64,000 nt of DNA from Cenarchaeum sp. (GTDB taxonomy: Archaea > Thermoproteota > Nitrososphaeria > Nitrososphaerales > Nitrosopumilaceae), in NCBI GenBank assembly GCA_965206845.1, contig OZ242221.1:64001-128000 (forward strand). The letters run 5' to 3'. The position numbers and the translations under genes are program-made. The notes under the pieces were generated by a model. That model saw nothing but the letters and a program-made list of their open reading frames with translations. It searched no databases and had not been told where the DNA came from. This document shows positions 21,101-32,414 of this stretch, in pieces (position 1 is the stretch's first letter; the number at the start of each line of letters is the position of its first letter).

Positions 21101-24100
21101 CGACAGGACTACCCACGTCCCCGCCCTGTCGACTGACGCGGCCTCCCCGACCAACGCGGCATCGGTCACCGTGGCAGTAGACTTTGGCGAGCCGATCGAC
21201 GACGCCACCTTCACGCTGGATGACATCTCCGTCACCGGCGGGGACGCCTCTGGCCTGGCCCAGGAGGGCGTGACGACCCAAAAATACACATTCACCGTCA
21301 CCCCGAGCTCCGACGGCCAGCTGACCGTCACGATCCCCGCCGACAGCGTCAAGGACCCCGCCGGCAACAGCAACACCGTCTCCAACGTGCTGCGCGTCAC
21401 CTTCGACAGGACTACCCACGTCCCCGCCCTGTCGACTGACGCGGCCTCCCCGACCAACGCGGCATCGGTCACCGTGGCAGTAGACTTTGGCGAGCCGATC
21501 GACGACGCCACCTTCACGCTGGATGACTCTGGCCTGGCCCAGGAGGGCGTCTCCGTCACCGGCGGGGACGCCTCTGGCCTGGCCCAGGAGGGCGTGACGA
21601 CCCAAAAATACACATTCACCGTCACCCCGAGCTCCGACGGCCAGCTGACCGTCACGATCCCCGCCGACAGCGTCAAGGACCCCGCCGGCAACAGCAACAC
21701 CGTCTCCAACGTGCTGCGCGTCACCTTCGACAGGACTACCCACGTCCCCGCCCTGTCGACTGACGCGGCCTCCCCGACCAACGCGGCATCGGTCACCGTG
21801 GCAGTAGACTTTGGCGAGCCGATCGACGACGCCACCTTCACGCTGGATGACATCTCCGTCACCGGCGGGGACGCCTCTGGCCTGGCCCAGGAGGGCGTGA
21901 CGACCCAAAAATACACATTCACCGTCACCCCGAGCTCCGACGGCCAGCTGACCGTCACGATCCCCGCCGACAGCGTCAAGGACCCCGCCGGCAACAGCAA
22001 CACCGTCTCCAACGTGCTGCGCGTCACCTTCGACAGGACTACCCACGTCCCCGCCCTGTCGACTGACGCGGCCTCCCCGACCAACGCGGCATCGGTCACC
22101 GTGGCAGTAGACTTTGGCGAGCCGATCGACGACGCCACCTTCACGCTGGATGACATCTCCGTCACCGGCGGGGACGCCTCTGGCCTGGCCCAGGAGGGCG
22201 GACGACCCAAAAATACACATTCACCGTCACCCCGAGCTCCGACGGCCAGCTGACCGTCACGATCCCCGCCGACAGCGTCAAGGACCCCGCCGGACGCGGC
22301 CAATACACATTCACCGTCACCCCGAGCTCCGACGGCCAGCTGACCGTCACGATCCCCGCCGACAGCGTCAAGGACCCCGCCGGCAACAACAACACCGCCT
22401 CCGGCCAGCTGCCCGTGACCTTCGACAGGACTACCCCCGGCCCCACCCTGTCGACTGACGCGGCCTCCCCGACCAACGCGGCATCCGTCACCGTGACAGT
22501 CGACTTTGGCGAGCCGATCGACGCCGCCACCTTCACGCTGGATGACATCTCCGTCACCGGCGGGGACGCCTCTGGCCTGGCCCAGGAGGGCGCGACGACC
22601 CAAAAATACACATTCACCGTCACCCCGAGCTCCGACGGCCAGCTGACCGTCACGATCCCCGCCGACAGCGTCAAGGACCCCGCCGGCAACAACAACACCG
22701 CCTCCGGCCAGCTGCCCGTGACCTTCGACAGGACTACCCCCGTCCCCGCCCTGTCGACTGACGCGGCCTCCCCGACCAACGCGGCATCCGTCACCGTGGC
22801 AGTCGACTTTGGCGAGCCGATCGACGCCGCCACCTTCACGCTGGATGACATCTCCGTCACCGGCGGGGACGCCTCTGGCCTGGCCCAGGAGGGCGCGACG
22901 ACCCAAAAATACACATTCACCGTCACCCCGAGCTCCGACGGCCAGCTGACCGTCACGATCCCCGCCGACAGCGTCAAGGACCCCGCCGGCAACAACAACA
23001 CCGCCTCCGGCCAGCTGCCCGTGACCTTCGACAGGACTACCCCCGTCCCCCGCACGATCCCCGCCGACAGCGTCAAGGACCCCGCCGGCAACAACAACAC
23101 CGCCTCCGGCCAGCTGCCCAGGACCTTCGACAGGACTACCCACGTCCCCGCCCTGTCGACTGACGCGGCCTCCCCGACCAACGCGGCATCGGTCACCGTG
23201 GCAGTAGACTTTGGCGAGCCGATCGACGACGCCACCTTCACGCTGGATGACATCTCCGTCACCGGCGGGGACGCCTCTGGCCTGGCCCAGGAGGGCGCGA
23301 CGACCCAAAAATACACATTCACCGTCACCCCGAGCTCCGACGGCCAGCTGACCGTCACGATCCCCGCCGACAGCGTCAAGGACCCCGCCGGCAACAGCAA
23401 CACCGTCTCCAACGTGCTGCGCGTCACCTTCGACAGGACTACCCACGTCCCCGCCCTGTCGACTGACGCGGCCTCCCCGACCAACGCGGCATCGGTCACC
23501 GTGGCAGTAGACTTTGGCGAGCCGATCGACGACGCCACCTTCACGCTGGATGACATCTCCGTCACCGGCGGGGACGCCTCTGGCCTGGCCCAGGAGGGCG
23601 TGACGACCCAAAAATACACATTCACCGTCACCCCGAGCTCCGACGGCCAGCTGACCGTCACGATCCCCGCCGACAGCGTCAAGGACCCCGCCGGCAACAG
23701 CAACACCGCCTCAAACCCGTTATCGACCAGCCGTAACCTTCGACAGGGTGGCCTTCAGCCACCTTCACGCCCCGCTGACCAACTCCGCCTCGGCCACCAT
23801 AAGGACTTTGGCGAACCGATCGACGACGCCACCTTCACGCTGGATGACATCTCCGTCACCGGCGGGGACGCCCTGGCCTGGCCCAGGAGGGCGCGACGAC
23901 CCAAAAATACACATTCACCGTCACCCCGAGCTCCGACGGCCAGCTGACCGTCACGATCCCCGCCGACAGCGTCAAGGACCCCGCCGGCAACAACAACACC
24001 GCCTCCGGCCAGCTGCCCGTGACCTTCGACAGGACTACCCCCGGCCCCACCCTGTCGACTGACGCGGCCTCCCCGACCAACGCGGCATCCGTCACCGTGA

Positions 24101-26654
24101 CAGTCGACTTTGGCGAGCCGATCGACGCCGCCACCTTCACGCTGGATGACATCTCCGTCACCGGCGGGGACGCCTCTGGCCTGGCCCAGGAGGGCGCGAC
24201 GACCCAAAAATACACATTCACCGTCACCCCGAGCTCCGACGGCCAGCTGACCGTCACGATCCCCGCCGACAGCGTCAAGGACCCCGCCGGCAACAACAAC
24301 ACCGCCTCCGGCCAGCTGCCAGTGACCTTCGACAGGACTACCCCCGTCCCCGCCCTGTCGACTGACGCGGCCTCCCCGACCAACGCGGCATCCGTCACCG
24401 TGGCAGTCGACTTTGGCGAGCCGATCGACGCCGCCACCTTCACGCTGGATGACATCTCCGTCACCGGCGGGGACGACCCAAAAATACACATTCACCTCTC
24501 CGACGGCCAGGCGCTGGCCCAGGAGGGCCGACGACCCAAAAATACACATTCACCGTCACCCCGAGCTCCGACGGCCAGCTGACCGTCACGATCCCCGCCG
24601 ACAGCGTCAAGGACCCCGCCGGCAACAACAACACCGCCTCCGGCCAGCTGCCCGTGACCTTCGACAGGACTACCCCCGGCCCCACCCTGTCGACTGACGC
24701 GGCCTCCCCGACCAACGCGGCATCCGTCACCGTGACAGTCGACTTTGGCGAGCCGATCGACGCCGCCACCTTCACGCTGGATGACATCTCCGTCACCGGC
24801 GGGGACGCCTCTGGCCTGGCCCAGGAGGGCGCGACGACCCAAAAATACACATTCACCGTCACCCCGAGCTCCGACGGCCAGCTGACCGTCACGATCCCCG
24901 CCGACAGCGTCAAGGACCCCGCCGGCAACAACAACACCGCCTCCGGCCAGCTGCCAGTGACCTTCGACAGGACGTCCCCGGCCCCGTCCCTGGCCACCGA
25001 CACCCCCTCTCTGACCAATGCTACCTCCGTCACCGTCGACTTCGGCGAGGCTATAGATGCCTCCACGTTTGCCATCTCGGACGTATCGGTCACCGGCGGG
25101 AATGCCACGAGCCTTGCCCACTCCTCGGCCAACCAGACATTCACCTTCACCCTGATGCCTGACGGCGACGGCGAGGGCGATGTGACTGCCGTAATCCCCG
25201 CCGGCAGCGTCACGGACCCCGCCGGCAACGACAACACCGCCTCCAACATCCTGTCGGTGACCCTCAAGCCGAATGTGGGATGTTTGGAGTATGTGTCATA
25301 CCCCAACAACCCGCCGGTCGTTGATGTGGGTGGAAGCATCACCGTAGCGGAGGGCGAGACCGGTACGCTCCGGGCCACGGTTACCGACATGGACGGCGAT
25401 GATGTGGAGACGATATGGTTTCACTGGAGTCTAGATAATGCGATCATCACCATCGCAGACCCCGAAAGCCTGGTCACGGAGTTTACTGCCCCGTACGTAG
25501 ATAGCGATACGGTCACATACGCGACACTATACGCATGTGACGGCATACACACCGGCGTCGGCAATGATGTCGTACGCATCACCATCACCGACATCCCGGA
25601 GCCGCCAGAGCCGCCCACGCCGCCCCAACTCCCGCCACCGGTACAGGAGCCGGCATACAACGAGTCACCATCCGCGGATGCCGGTGCGGGCTTTACAATC
25701 AACGAGGGCGCCACCGGCCAGCTGCAGGGCACGGCGACCGATCCCGACAACGACCCACTCACCATGGAGTGGTACCAAACCCCCACCTGGCCACTCCTGA
25801 CCCTGACGAATGCATCCGACCCGCGCACGACGATAGTCGCGCCGCAGGTGGACGGGGACACCACCATCACGCTGATACTGTCGGTTTCAGACGGCGACTA
25901 CACCGTGACCGACCAGGTCCGAATCACCATCACCGGCATCCCGGAGTCGCTGGAATCGTCGGAATCAACCACGCCGCCCCAACTCCCGCCACCGGTACAG
26001 GAGTCGGCATACAACGAGCCACCATCCGCGAATGCCGGTGCGGACTTTACAATCAACGAGGGCGCCACCGGCCAGCTGCAGGGCACGGCGACCGATCCCG
26101 ACAACGGCCCACTCACCATAGAGTGGTACCAAACCCCCACCTGGCCACTCCTGACCCTGACGAATGCATCCGACCCGCGCACGGCGATAGTCGCGCCGCA
26201 GGTGGACGGGGACACCACCATCACGCTGATACTGTCGGTTTCAGACGGCGACTACACCGTGACCGACCAGGTCCGAATCACCATCACCGACATCCCGGAG
26301 CCGCCGGAACCGTCGGAATCAACCACGCCGCCCCAACTCCCGCCACCGGTACAGGAGCCGGCATACAACGAGCCACCATCCGCGGATGCCGGTACGGACT
26401 TTACAATCAACGAGGGCGCCACCGGCCAGCTGCAGGGCACGGCAACCGATCTCGACAACGGCCCACTCACCATAGAGTGGTACCAAACCCCCACCTGGCC
26501 ACCCCTGACCCTGACTAATGCCTCCGACCCGCGCACGACGATAGTCGCGCCGCAGGTGGACGGGGACACCACCATCATGCTGATACTGTCAGTTTCGGAC
26601 GGCGACTACACCGTGAACGACCGGGTCCAAATCACCATCATCGATACCGGATAG
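18184..26654 (+). CDS. Giant surface protein: signal/TM, DUF285 (BspA-like) repeats, tandem Ig-like domains, Pro-rich linkers and PKD-like domains; multiply frameshifted in this sequence
   Basis: Consecutive ORFs 18184-19347, 19344-22253, 22415-23947, 24019-24582 and 24654-26654 continue the same repeats; breaks near 19343, 22200, 23870, 24480-24530. Confidence 0.85.
18660..19920 (+). repeat. ~17 DUF285 repeats of 24-25 aa (FNQPLDWDTSKVTxMxxMF / FNGxITxWDTSKVTxMxxMF)
   Basis: Recurrent gactgggacacctcgaaggtcacc...atgttc...tccttcaac. Confidence 0.92.
20500..24975 (+). repeat. Tandem 303-bp (101 aa) Ig-like domain repeats, near identical, about 14 copies
   Basis: ccctgtcgactgacgcggcctccccgacc recurs at 20821, 21124, 21427 etc. 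Confidence 0.93.
25590..26650 (+). repeat. Three ~354-bp PKD-like repeats with PPQLPPP linkers
   Basis: NEPPSADAG.DFTINEGATGQLQGTATD x3. Confidence 0.88.
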
Positions 26655-27280
26655 CCCTCCGCCACCATCTCCACCGTAATCCGACACGGAGCTATCCGTA
26701 CATGAACCGCTCACGTACAACTAACAGCCAGCCGTGGAGGCCGGTGCGGCGCGGGGGGAAGACCCCGGGCCGCGTCCGGGGGCAGTCTTTTTGCGCCTTC
26801 GCGTAAACCGGATCGCCGCACCAGGATGTCACGGGAATGATGCATGCCATGTGCCTGACGCGTGCCATGCGTCTCGGCGCAGAAAGGCTGCGCGGGGTGT
26901 TTTCCCAAACGCTAGATATGGATTGATGGAATTGATGTCTTATTCACCGCAACCATGTGCCACTCCAGAACAGCCATGCGCCCAGGCTGGCGCCGGACTT
27001 CTTGGTTCCCCACGCAGAGACGGCGTCATCCGCTACATTCGCGGCAAAGTCCTGTCCCGACTCCCGCCAAACGTGTCAGTCACGGTGTCGCGGCATTCGG
27101 CATTCGTTGGAGCGGCGGTAGGCGCACCTATGTTAAAACATCCGGTCATAGTCAAGCGTTGATTCCGTTTGACTTCTGATCCACGCCTAGGTTACGCGCG
27201 TGCAACTTTAAAGCTACCGCTAGGGACTGGATTGCAGAAAATCCTGATGCAGGACAGGCCTGACTGGCCGGCCCGTGCAC

Positions 27281-28360
27281 CTACTGCAGGACCTTCTTCA
27301 TCCGTTTCAGCTTTCTGGCATATCGGTCTGCGTTGCGGGACTCGTACGGTTCCTTGGCAGTCAGCATCTTCCAGATGATCCTCACCATCTTGTTTGCCAC
27401 GTGCGTTATGGCAATCGGGTGGTTGCCACCGTGCCTTGTCTTGGCATTTTGATAGAACCACTTTAGCCTATCGTCATAGCGCACCGCCACGTTGGCGGCC
27501 TGGATCATTATCCAGTTTACCCTCCGGTTTGACGCCTTTTTCATGCGGCCGTAATGCGTCACGTTGCCGGACTGGTAGACCCGCGGACACATCCCGGTCC
27601 ATGAGACCAGCCTGTCTGCGGTCTTGAACCTGGTGATGTCGCCAATCTCAGATACCAGCAGCATTGCGGCAAACGTCTCTATGCCAGTCATGCTCATCAG
27701 CAGTTTCGCGTTCTCGTTGACTGCGGCCTGCAGGTCTATCTCTGCCTCGATGCATGTTATCTCCTCTGTGGCATGTGCAATCCTTTTGACGCAGTTTTGC
27801 AGGATCATGTCATCGTTTGGCTTCTTGAGGCGTATCTGCGAAAGCAGCCTGACGGCTTTTTTGCTATACATCCTTGAGACGTCTGGCGTCACGTCGTACT
27901 TGTCAAGCAGGCTGTGCGTGTAGTTGACCAGGGCGGTCCTTGCCTGGACCATGCTTATCCTGTACCTGAGCAGTTCCCTGGCATCGCGCAGATCCGGCGG
28001 TGCCACGTAGCATTCTGGAATGATTCCCACGCGCAGCGCGTTTGCAATCTTTTGCGCGTCGATGGGATCCGTCTTGACGTCGGTGTCCGATATTATCTTC
28101 ATCCTGTACGTGTTGGCAAGCTTGATCGGTATCCCGGACTCTTCAAACGCCTCAAACGTCTTGAGCCACATGTTTGCAGTCGATTCGCACGCGGCCTGGC
28201 ATCGTCCCTTCCCGCCGTATTCTTTTTTCATCCTGCGCGCAAACTCTTTTGCGTCTTCCAGCGTGTTCTTGTATGACGTCCTCTCCAGCACGCCTCCCTT
28301 GCCGTCCACTACGCATACTATGCATTTTCCTTTACCAATGTCTATTCCTATGTTTCTCAT
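27281..28360 (-). CDS. IS110-family DEDD recombinase/transposase, intact
   Basis: IGID, ACES, KTDPIDA, MTGIE, EIGDITRF, YQSG serine motif; SD AAGGAGGTGA upstream of ATG 28360. Confidence 0.95.
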   Translation of the reverse strand: MRNIGIDIGKGKCIVCVVDGKGGVLERTSYKNTLEDAKEFARRMKKEYGGKGRCQAACESTANMWLKTFEAFEESGIPIKLANTYRMKIISDTDVKTDPIDAQKIANALRVGIIPECYVAPPDLRDARELLRYRISMVQARTALVNYTHSLLDKYDVTPDVSRMYSKKAVRLLSQIRLKKPNDDMILQNCVKRIAHATEEITCIEAEIDLQAAVNENAKLLMSMTGIETFAAMLLVSEIGDITRFKTADRLVSWTGMCPRVYQSGNVTHYGRMKKASNRRVNWIMIQAANVAVRYDDRLKWFYQNAKTRHGGNHPIAITHVANKMVRIIWKMLTAKEPYESRNADRYARKLKRMKKVLQ

Positions 28361-28389
28361 CCTTTCTCTCACCTCCTTGCGGATTGTTT

Positions 28390-28530
28390 TTGGCGGATCG
28401 GAAGCTGCAATCACCTATCAGTGCGCGGAGCACAGGAACACAGCAGCTCGGATTGCCCCATTCAAAGGGAAGTGCGCGAAGCACATGGTTTACTAGGGGT
28501 CGATCCACTGCCATGACTACGACGAAGATG
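28390..28530 (-). ncRNA. Predicted bridge RNA of IS110 element 1
   Basis: Outer stem GUGGAUCG/CGAUCCGC encloses two internal-loop hairpins capped by GUGC-UYCGC-GCAC; G-U pairs favour the minus strand; loop strands match the element junctions. Confidence 0.8.
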
Positions 28531-28635
28531 TTTTTCCATGTGTTCAAAGGTTGCTGTGGCTGGCAGAACAAGCAGCCTGACGGAAACGGGCCTGAAAAGT
28601 AGGGCGGGCAGGCTTGAAAAATAATAACGGATCAC

Positions 28636-29026
28636 TTCTCTGCAAGGGATTGGGAATAGTGCCGCTCATCAGGATAAAGAAGAACGCCAACAGCAGGGCC
28701 GGCGGGGTGGGCAGGACGCGCGGCCTGGCCGCCCAGGATCAGCTGTGCGGCAACGATCCCGGCCCGAAAAGACTCGCCGCGCTGGACGAGTGCGAGCGCG
28801 TCCAGAACCAGAAGGACTGGAAGAGGTGGGTCGGCTACGGCCGGCGGTGGCTGGTGGAGATCGTGTTCTCGTCGCTCAAGCGGATGTTCGGCGGTTCCGT
28901 AAACGCGGTAAAGATGGAAAACATCGTCCAGGAGATCGCAATAAGGATCAACACGTACAACAGGCTGTTGGTGGTGGCACGGGAGGCGATCGCAGGAGCG
29001 TGAACGTAGAGTTGTCGCAAGCGCCC
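28636..29026 (+). pseudogene. IS5-family transposase C-terminal remnant with right end
   Basis: WKRWVGYGRRWLVEIVFSSLKRMFG (Y-R-E-K motif); followed by TIR-like GAGTTGTCGCAAGCGCCC. Confidence 0.85.
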
Positions 29027-29166
29027 GCGCTTGGATCAAGGAGGTGCCATTAAGACCTAGGTTGTGAAACTAACTACGATCCGGGCAAAGCATAAAATGT
29101 TGCACCCGCAAAGACAAGCATGGAATTCCACGCCGGCGCACGGCAGGGCTCCTCTCGGCCGTTGCC

Positions 29167-30909
29167 ATGAAAGCCAAGAAGCCGACGGCTCGACAGATAA
29201 GGAATCTGTGCACCGGGGAGTCGTTTGAGCAGGGGCGGCATTACTACGAGCAGGGCATGGTGGCATCGCCGCGCATAAGCGACACCGTCGTGATCGCGCG
29301 CGTCGGGAGTGTCACTCCGAACCGAAGGCCGGACGGGAGCCTCCCGACCGGCGGCACCGTTGTGATCTCCCTAGTCGGCAGGGGCGCCGGGGGCGTCAAG
29401 AATGCCGAACGAGTCAGGGCGCCAGATACCGGGCATGTCGTGGCAGCCCCGCTCGGTTCCTGCGACAGGGAGCACAGGTGCACATGCCCGTACGACGGAA
29501 AGGGGGCCTGCAGCCACGCCGTCGCGGTTCTGCTCTACGCGTCGGACAACTTTGAAAGGATGGCCAAAGACGCGAAGAGGCGAACCAGCCTCATCGGTGT
29601 CTCTCTTGAGGGAATAGTCAACGAGCAGCTGAGGGACTTTCTCATGTCTGAGATGAAGCGTGACGAGGGGCTGTGGAAGCGCTTTCTGGCCCGCGTTGAG
29701 ACCGGCGTGATCCGTGACTACCGCGCGGAGATTGACGCCGCGTATGCCAAGGATGGCGACCGATGGGGGTACAGGGGGGGCGTAAACCTCAGCGAGTTCT
29801 TCATGGCCGCCAAGGCCAACGAGAGGTGCAGAAACCTCGCGGAGGCCGGGCGGATATACGTGGACATGGCCGATGCCATCTACGCCAACATAGTACTCTC
29901 GTACAGCCACGGCGAGCGCTACGACGACTACGAGAAGGCCATAATCGGACTCGTGTCGTGCACGATCAGGCAGGATCGGGGATCCCGCGGGAGACGCCGG
30001 TGCATATCGTATCTGCTCGGGATGGTCGCAAAGGCCAAGATTGACGACGTTGTGGGCATCTGCGAGGATGCTCTGTGCGCGGTGTGCCCCGACAGGCAGG
30101 ACCTGGAGTACCTGAGGGATCTACTCGACCAGCTCGTTCCGGACACGGGTTCCCCCGATCGCCATTCCCTCCATAGCCGGAAGACCACAAGGCTGCTGCG
30201 CATGCAGGCCGATGTGCTGGGCAGGCTCGGAGACGAAGGGCAGGATGCATTCTGCGCAAAGTACTACAGGTACGATCCTGACATCTGCATGCGGTACCTC
30301 AAGATCCTGAACGAGTCGGATCCGGACAGGGCCATGCAGGTAATAGAGGAGGGCGGGCGCCTCTTTCCGCACATAGACATTGCGATGGCCGCGGCCGGAC
30401 TGTACCCGCGATCGGATCCGAGGCGGCTGGATCTGCTGAAGAGGATCTTCTACAAAAAGATGGATCACAGGTACTACCGCATGCTCCGTGACGAATCGAA
30501 CGACTGGCCGGGGATGGCCAAGTCCATAGCCGCGGATCTCAGGAAGGCCGGGCGGTTTGATGCCCTAGTCGCCGCGCTGCTTGCCGTGGGCGCCTACGGG
30601 AGGGCAGTCACCGAGGCGGTCTCGTGCGGCAGCCTTGAGGTGCTTGCGCTGCACCACGGCTACCTGTGCCCGAGGTATCCGGAACGGTACTACGCCGCCT
30701 ACAAGAGCCTCCTGGAAGACTTTGACATAACCGCAAGCAGCGACGGCCACAAAAAGTTCGCGAGGTATCTGAAGATGATGAAGTCCGTTCCGGGCCACGA
30801 GGAGGCGTTTGCGGGTTTTGTGGCATCCGTAATGGACAGGTACCGCAGGAGGTCTGCCCTTCTAAAGGAGATCAAGGCAGCCCTGATGCCGAGCCGAGCC
30901 GCAGTATGA
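29167..30909 (+). CDS. SWIM zinc-finger protein with helical-repeat C-terminus
   Basis: SFEQGRHYYEQG.V, CTCPYDGKGACSH (CxCxnCxH), C-terminal YRRRSALLKEI. Confidence 0.85.
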   Translation: MKAKKPTARQIRNLCTGESFEQGRHYYEQGMVASPRISDTVVIARVGSVTPNRRPDGSLPTGGTVVISLVGRGAGGVKNAERVRAPDTGHVVAAPLGSCDREHRCTCPYDGKGACSHAVAVLLYASDNFERMAKDAKRRTSLIGVSLEGIVNEQLRDFLMSEMKRDEGLWKRFLARVETGVIRDYRAEIDAAYAKDGDRWGYRGGVNLSEFFMAAKANERCRNLAEAGRIYVDMADAIYANIVLSYSHGERYDDYEKAIIGLVSCTIRQDRGSRGRRRCISYLLGMVAKAKIDDVVGICEDALCAVCPDRQDLEYLRDLLDQLVPDTGSPDRHSLHSRKTTRLLRMQADVLGRLGDEGQDAFCAKYYRYDPDICMRYLKILNESDPDRAMQVIEEGGRLFPHIDIAMAAAGLYPRSDPRRLDLLKRIFYKKMDHRYYRMLRDESNDWPGMAKSIAADLRKAGRFDALVAALLAVGAYGRAVTEAVSCGSLEVLALHHGYLCPRYPERYYAAYKSLLEDFDITASSDGHKKFARYLKMMKSVPGHEEAFAGFVASVMDRYRRRSALLKEIKAALMPSRAAV

Positions 30910-31193
30910 GACGGTACGCCTCCAGAAGCCAGCCGCGGCGGGAGCCGGGGATTGGATCCCGGTGCGCCGTGGCTCGATCCGGACGGGGCAGACGGCGCGA
31001 ATTTTTTGTAACCCTGGCAGTACCTTCCGGGATCGGGGACGTGATCCGCGCGCCGTGGCTTCACAGCCGGGACACCTGTCCTCTCATCCCGGTCACCGGG
31101 TGAGCCGTCCCGGCGCGCCAGCTGCGGGCTACCCTTGGAGTGATCGTCGTCGGGCCTTTCCCCGCACCCAACATTTCGTCCCGGCAGGCCCGG

Positions 31194-32246
31194 TCACAGG
31201 AGCCCATGCCTGTCTAGGCTGGCAAGAACGTCAAACGGGATTACCGCCACCTTGTGCCTCCTAGGCGTCGGCGATCCGATCCTCACCCATGCACCCCTTG
31301 TCCTCTCCATTCCGACGAAGAGGATGCCCCTGCTCCTGAGTACCCCGATTGTAGATCGCGATCCGCCCTTGAACCACCGTCTCATCGTATCGTCCCTACC
31401 AAACCGCTTCTGCAAGCCGGCATACATCCGGAGTCCCCCTGTCTCTGCAACGTATCTCAGGCAGTCCATCCCGTCATCCGAGAGGCCGTCCACGGCGCGC
31501 CGTATCCCGTCAGACGTGAGCTCCGACGAGATCGCCACTGCCTTGTCCTTCTTGGTGCGGCACGGCATGTCAAGTCCCAAGGAGTCCCACACATGGTTTA
31601 TCATGGCGGCCGGAAGCTTGTTGAGCACCGTGAGCAACGCAGAGTCAGGCGAGGCGGAGGCGTATTCGGCATTCCTGATGTATTGCTTGATCCTCTCTTC
31701 CCGGCCGTGCCCCTTCTTCCTGCCGTACTCCTCAAAGTCGCGAGCCAAGTCGTCCACCATCACTATGCGGTGGGTAGACTTTGTTATCGCCATGCTTTGG
31801 AGGGTGTACGGCTCGTCGCGCCCATGCCCGGTGAGCCACCCAACGAAGGATTTTGTGAACGCCAGCCTCGCCGCCACGCTGAGGGCTGGCAGGATGCGGT
31901 ACAGGGTGCCGTTGCTGCGTGCCCTGGCGGTAACGAGTCCGCCCCCGTCGCTCTCCACCAGATCGAATTCGCCTATGACGCCATTCTGCATAAAGAGGAT
32001 CATGTGTGCCAGAATCCGATCCTTCACGTACTTGTCCACAAAGTCCTCCAGCGGGGTGGTTCCTGTCACGGGATCTGCACTGTAGCTGAACCACAAAGAG
32101 ATCATCAAGCTGTTGTAGTACTCGACATCCACGTCCGTGCTGTAGGGATACCTGTCTCGGGCCTTCGCTAGGTCGCCGCGGCGCTCTTGCTGCACGTACT
32201 CGTGGAAGACCTGTGGGAAGTTGTCTTCGTTAACCTCGGGGCACAT
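31194..32246 (-). CDS. Hypothetical protein, 350 aa; N-terminal domain paralogous to 34315-34800
   Basis: Long ORF with TATA-like TTATAT about 25 nt upstream; shares DPVTGTTPLEDFVDKYVKD with NPKTGTTILEEFIERHVTD. Confidence 0.75.
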   Translation of the reverse strand: MCPEVNEDNFPQVFHEYVQQERRGDLAKARDRYPYSTDVDVEYYNSLMISLWFSYSADPVTGTTPLEDFVDKYVKDRILAHMILFMQNGVIGEFDLVESDGGGLVTARARSNGTLYRILPALSVAARLAFTKSFVGWLTGHGRDEPYTLQSMAITKSTHRIVMVDDLARDFEEYGRKKGHGREERIKQYIRNAEYASASPDSALLTVLNKLPAAMINHVWDSLGLDMPCRTKKDKAVAISSELTSDGIRRAVDGLSDDGMDCLRYVAETGGLRMYAGLQKRFGRDDTMRRWFKGGSRSTIGVLRSRGILFVGMERTRGAWVRIGSPTPRRHKVAVIPFDVLASLDRHGLL

Positions 32247-32414
32247 GCCACAGATAATGAAGCCTAGAATATAACGCCTGCCATATGGGAGTTCTTCAGC
32301 AGATACTCAGGTGTGCATCCTTAGATCCATGATTAGAATCCAGAGAACTGTGCCGTAGGCACCACAAGTCTTGCCATATCCACACCTGATCAGACACTAT
32401 GTGTTGCTGATATA

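Larger units (their letters stand above)
27125..28546 (-). mobile_element. IS110-family element 1, ends defined by a repeated CA core and sub-terminal inverted repeats
   Basis: CA at 27125-6 and 28545-6; ATGTTAAAACATC (27130-42) versus GATGTTTTTCCAT (28527-39) is an 11/13 inverted match; junctions match the ncRNA guides. Confidence 0.8.

Noticed and set aside
20070-25390. Long antisense ORFs (716, 1167, 514 aa) over the Ig repeats
   Set aside because: Shadow frames of GC-rich repetitive coding sequence
27178-28508. GATCCAC direct repeat as a candidate IS110 boundary
   Set aside because: The right copy is part of the RNA outer stem; guide matches and inverted repeats place the ends at 27125/28546
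32283-32295. ATGGGAGTT matching the element-2 right donor guide upstream of the element
   Set aside because: Lacks the sub-terminal repeat context; may be chance
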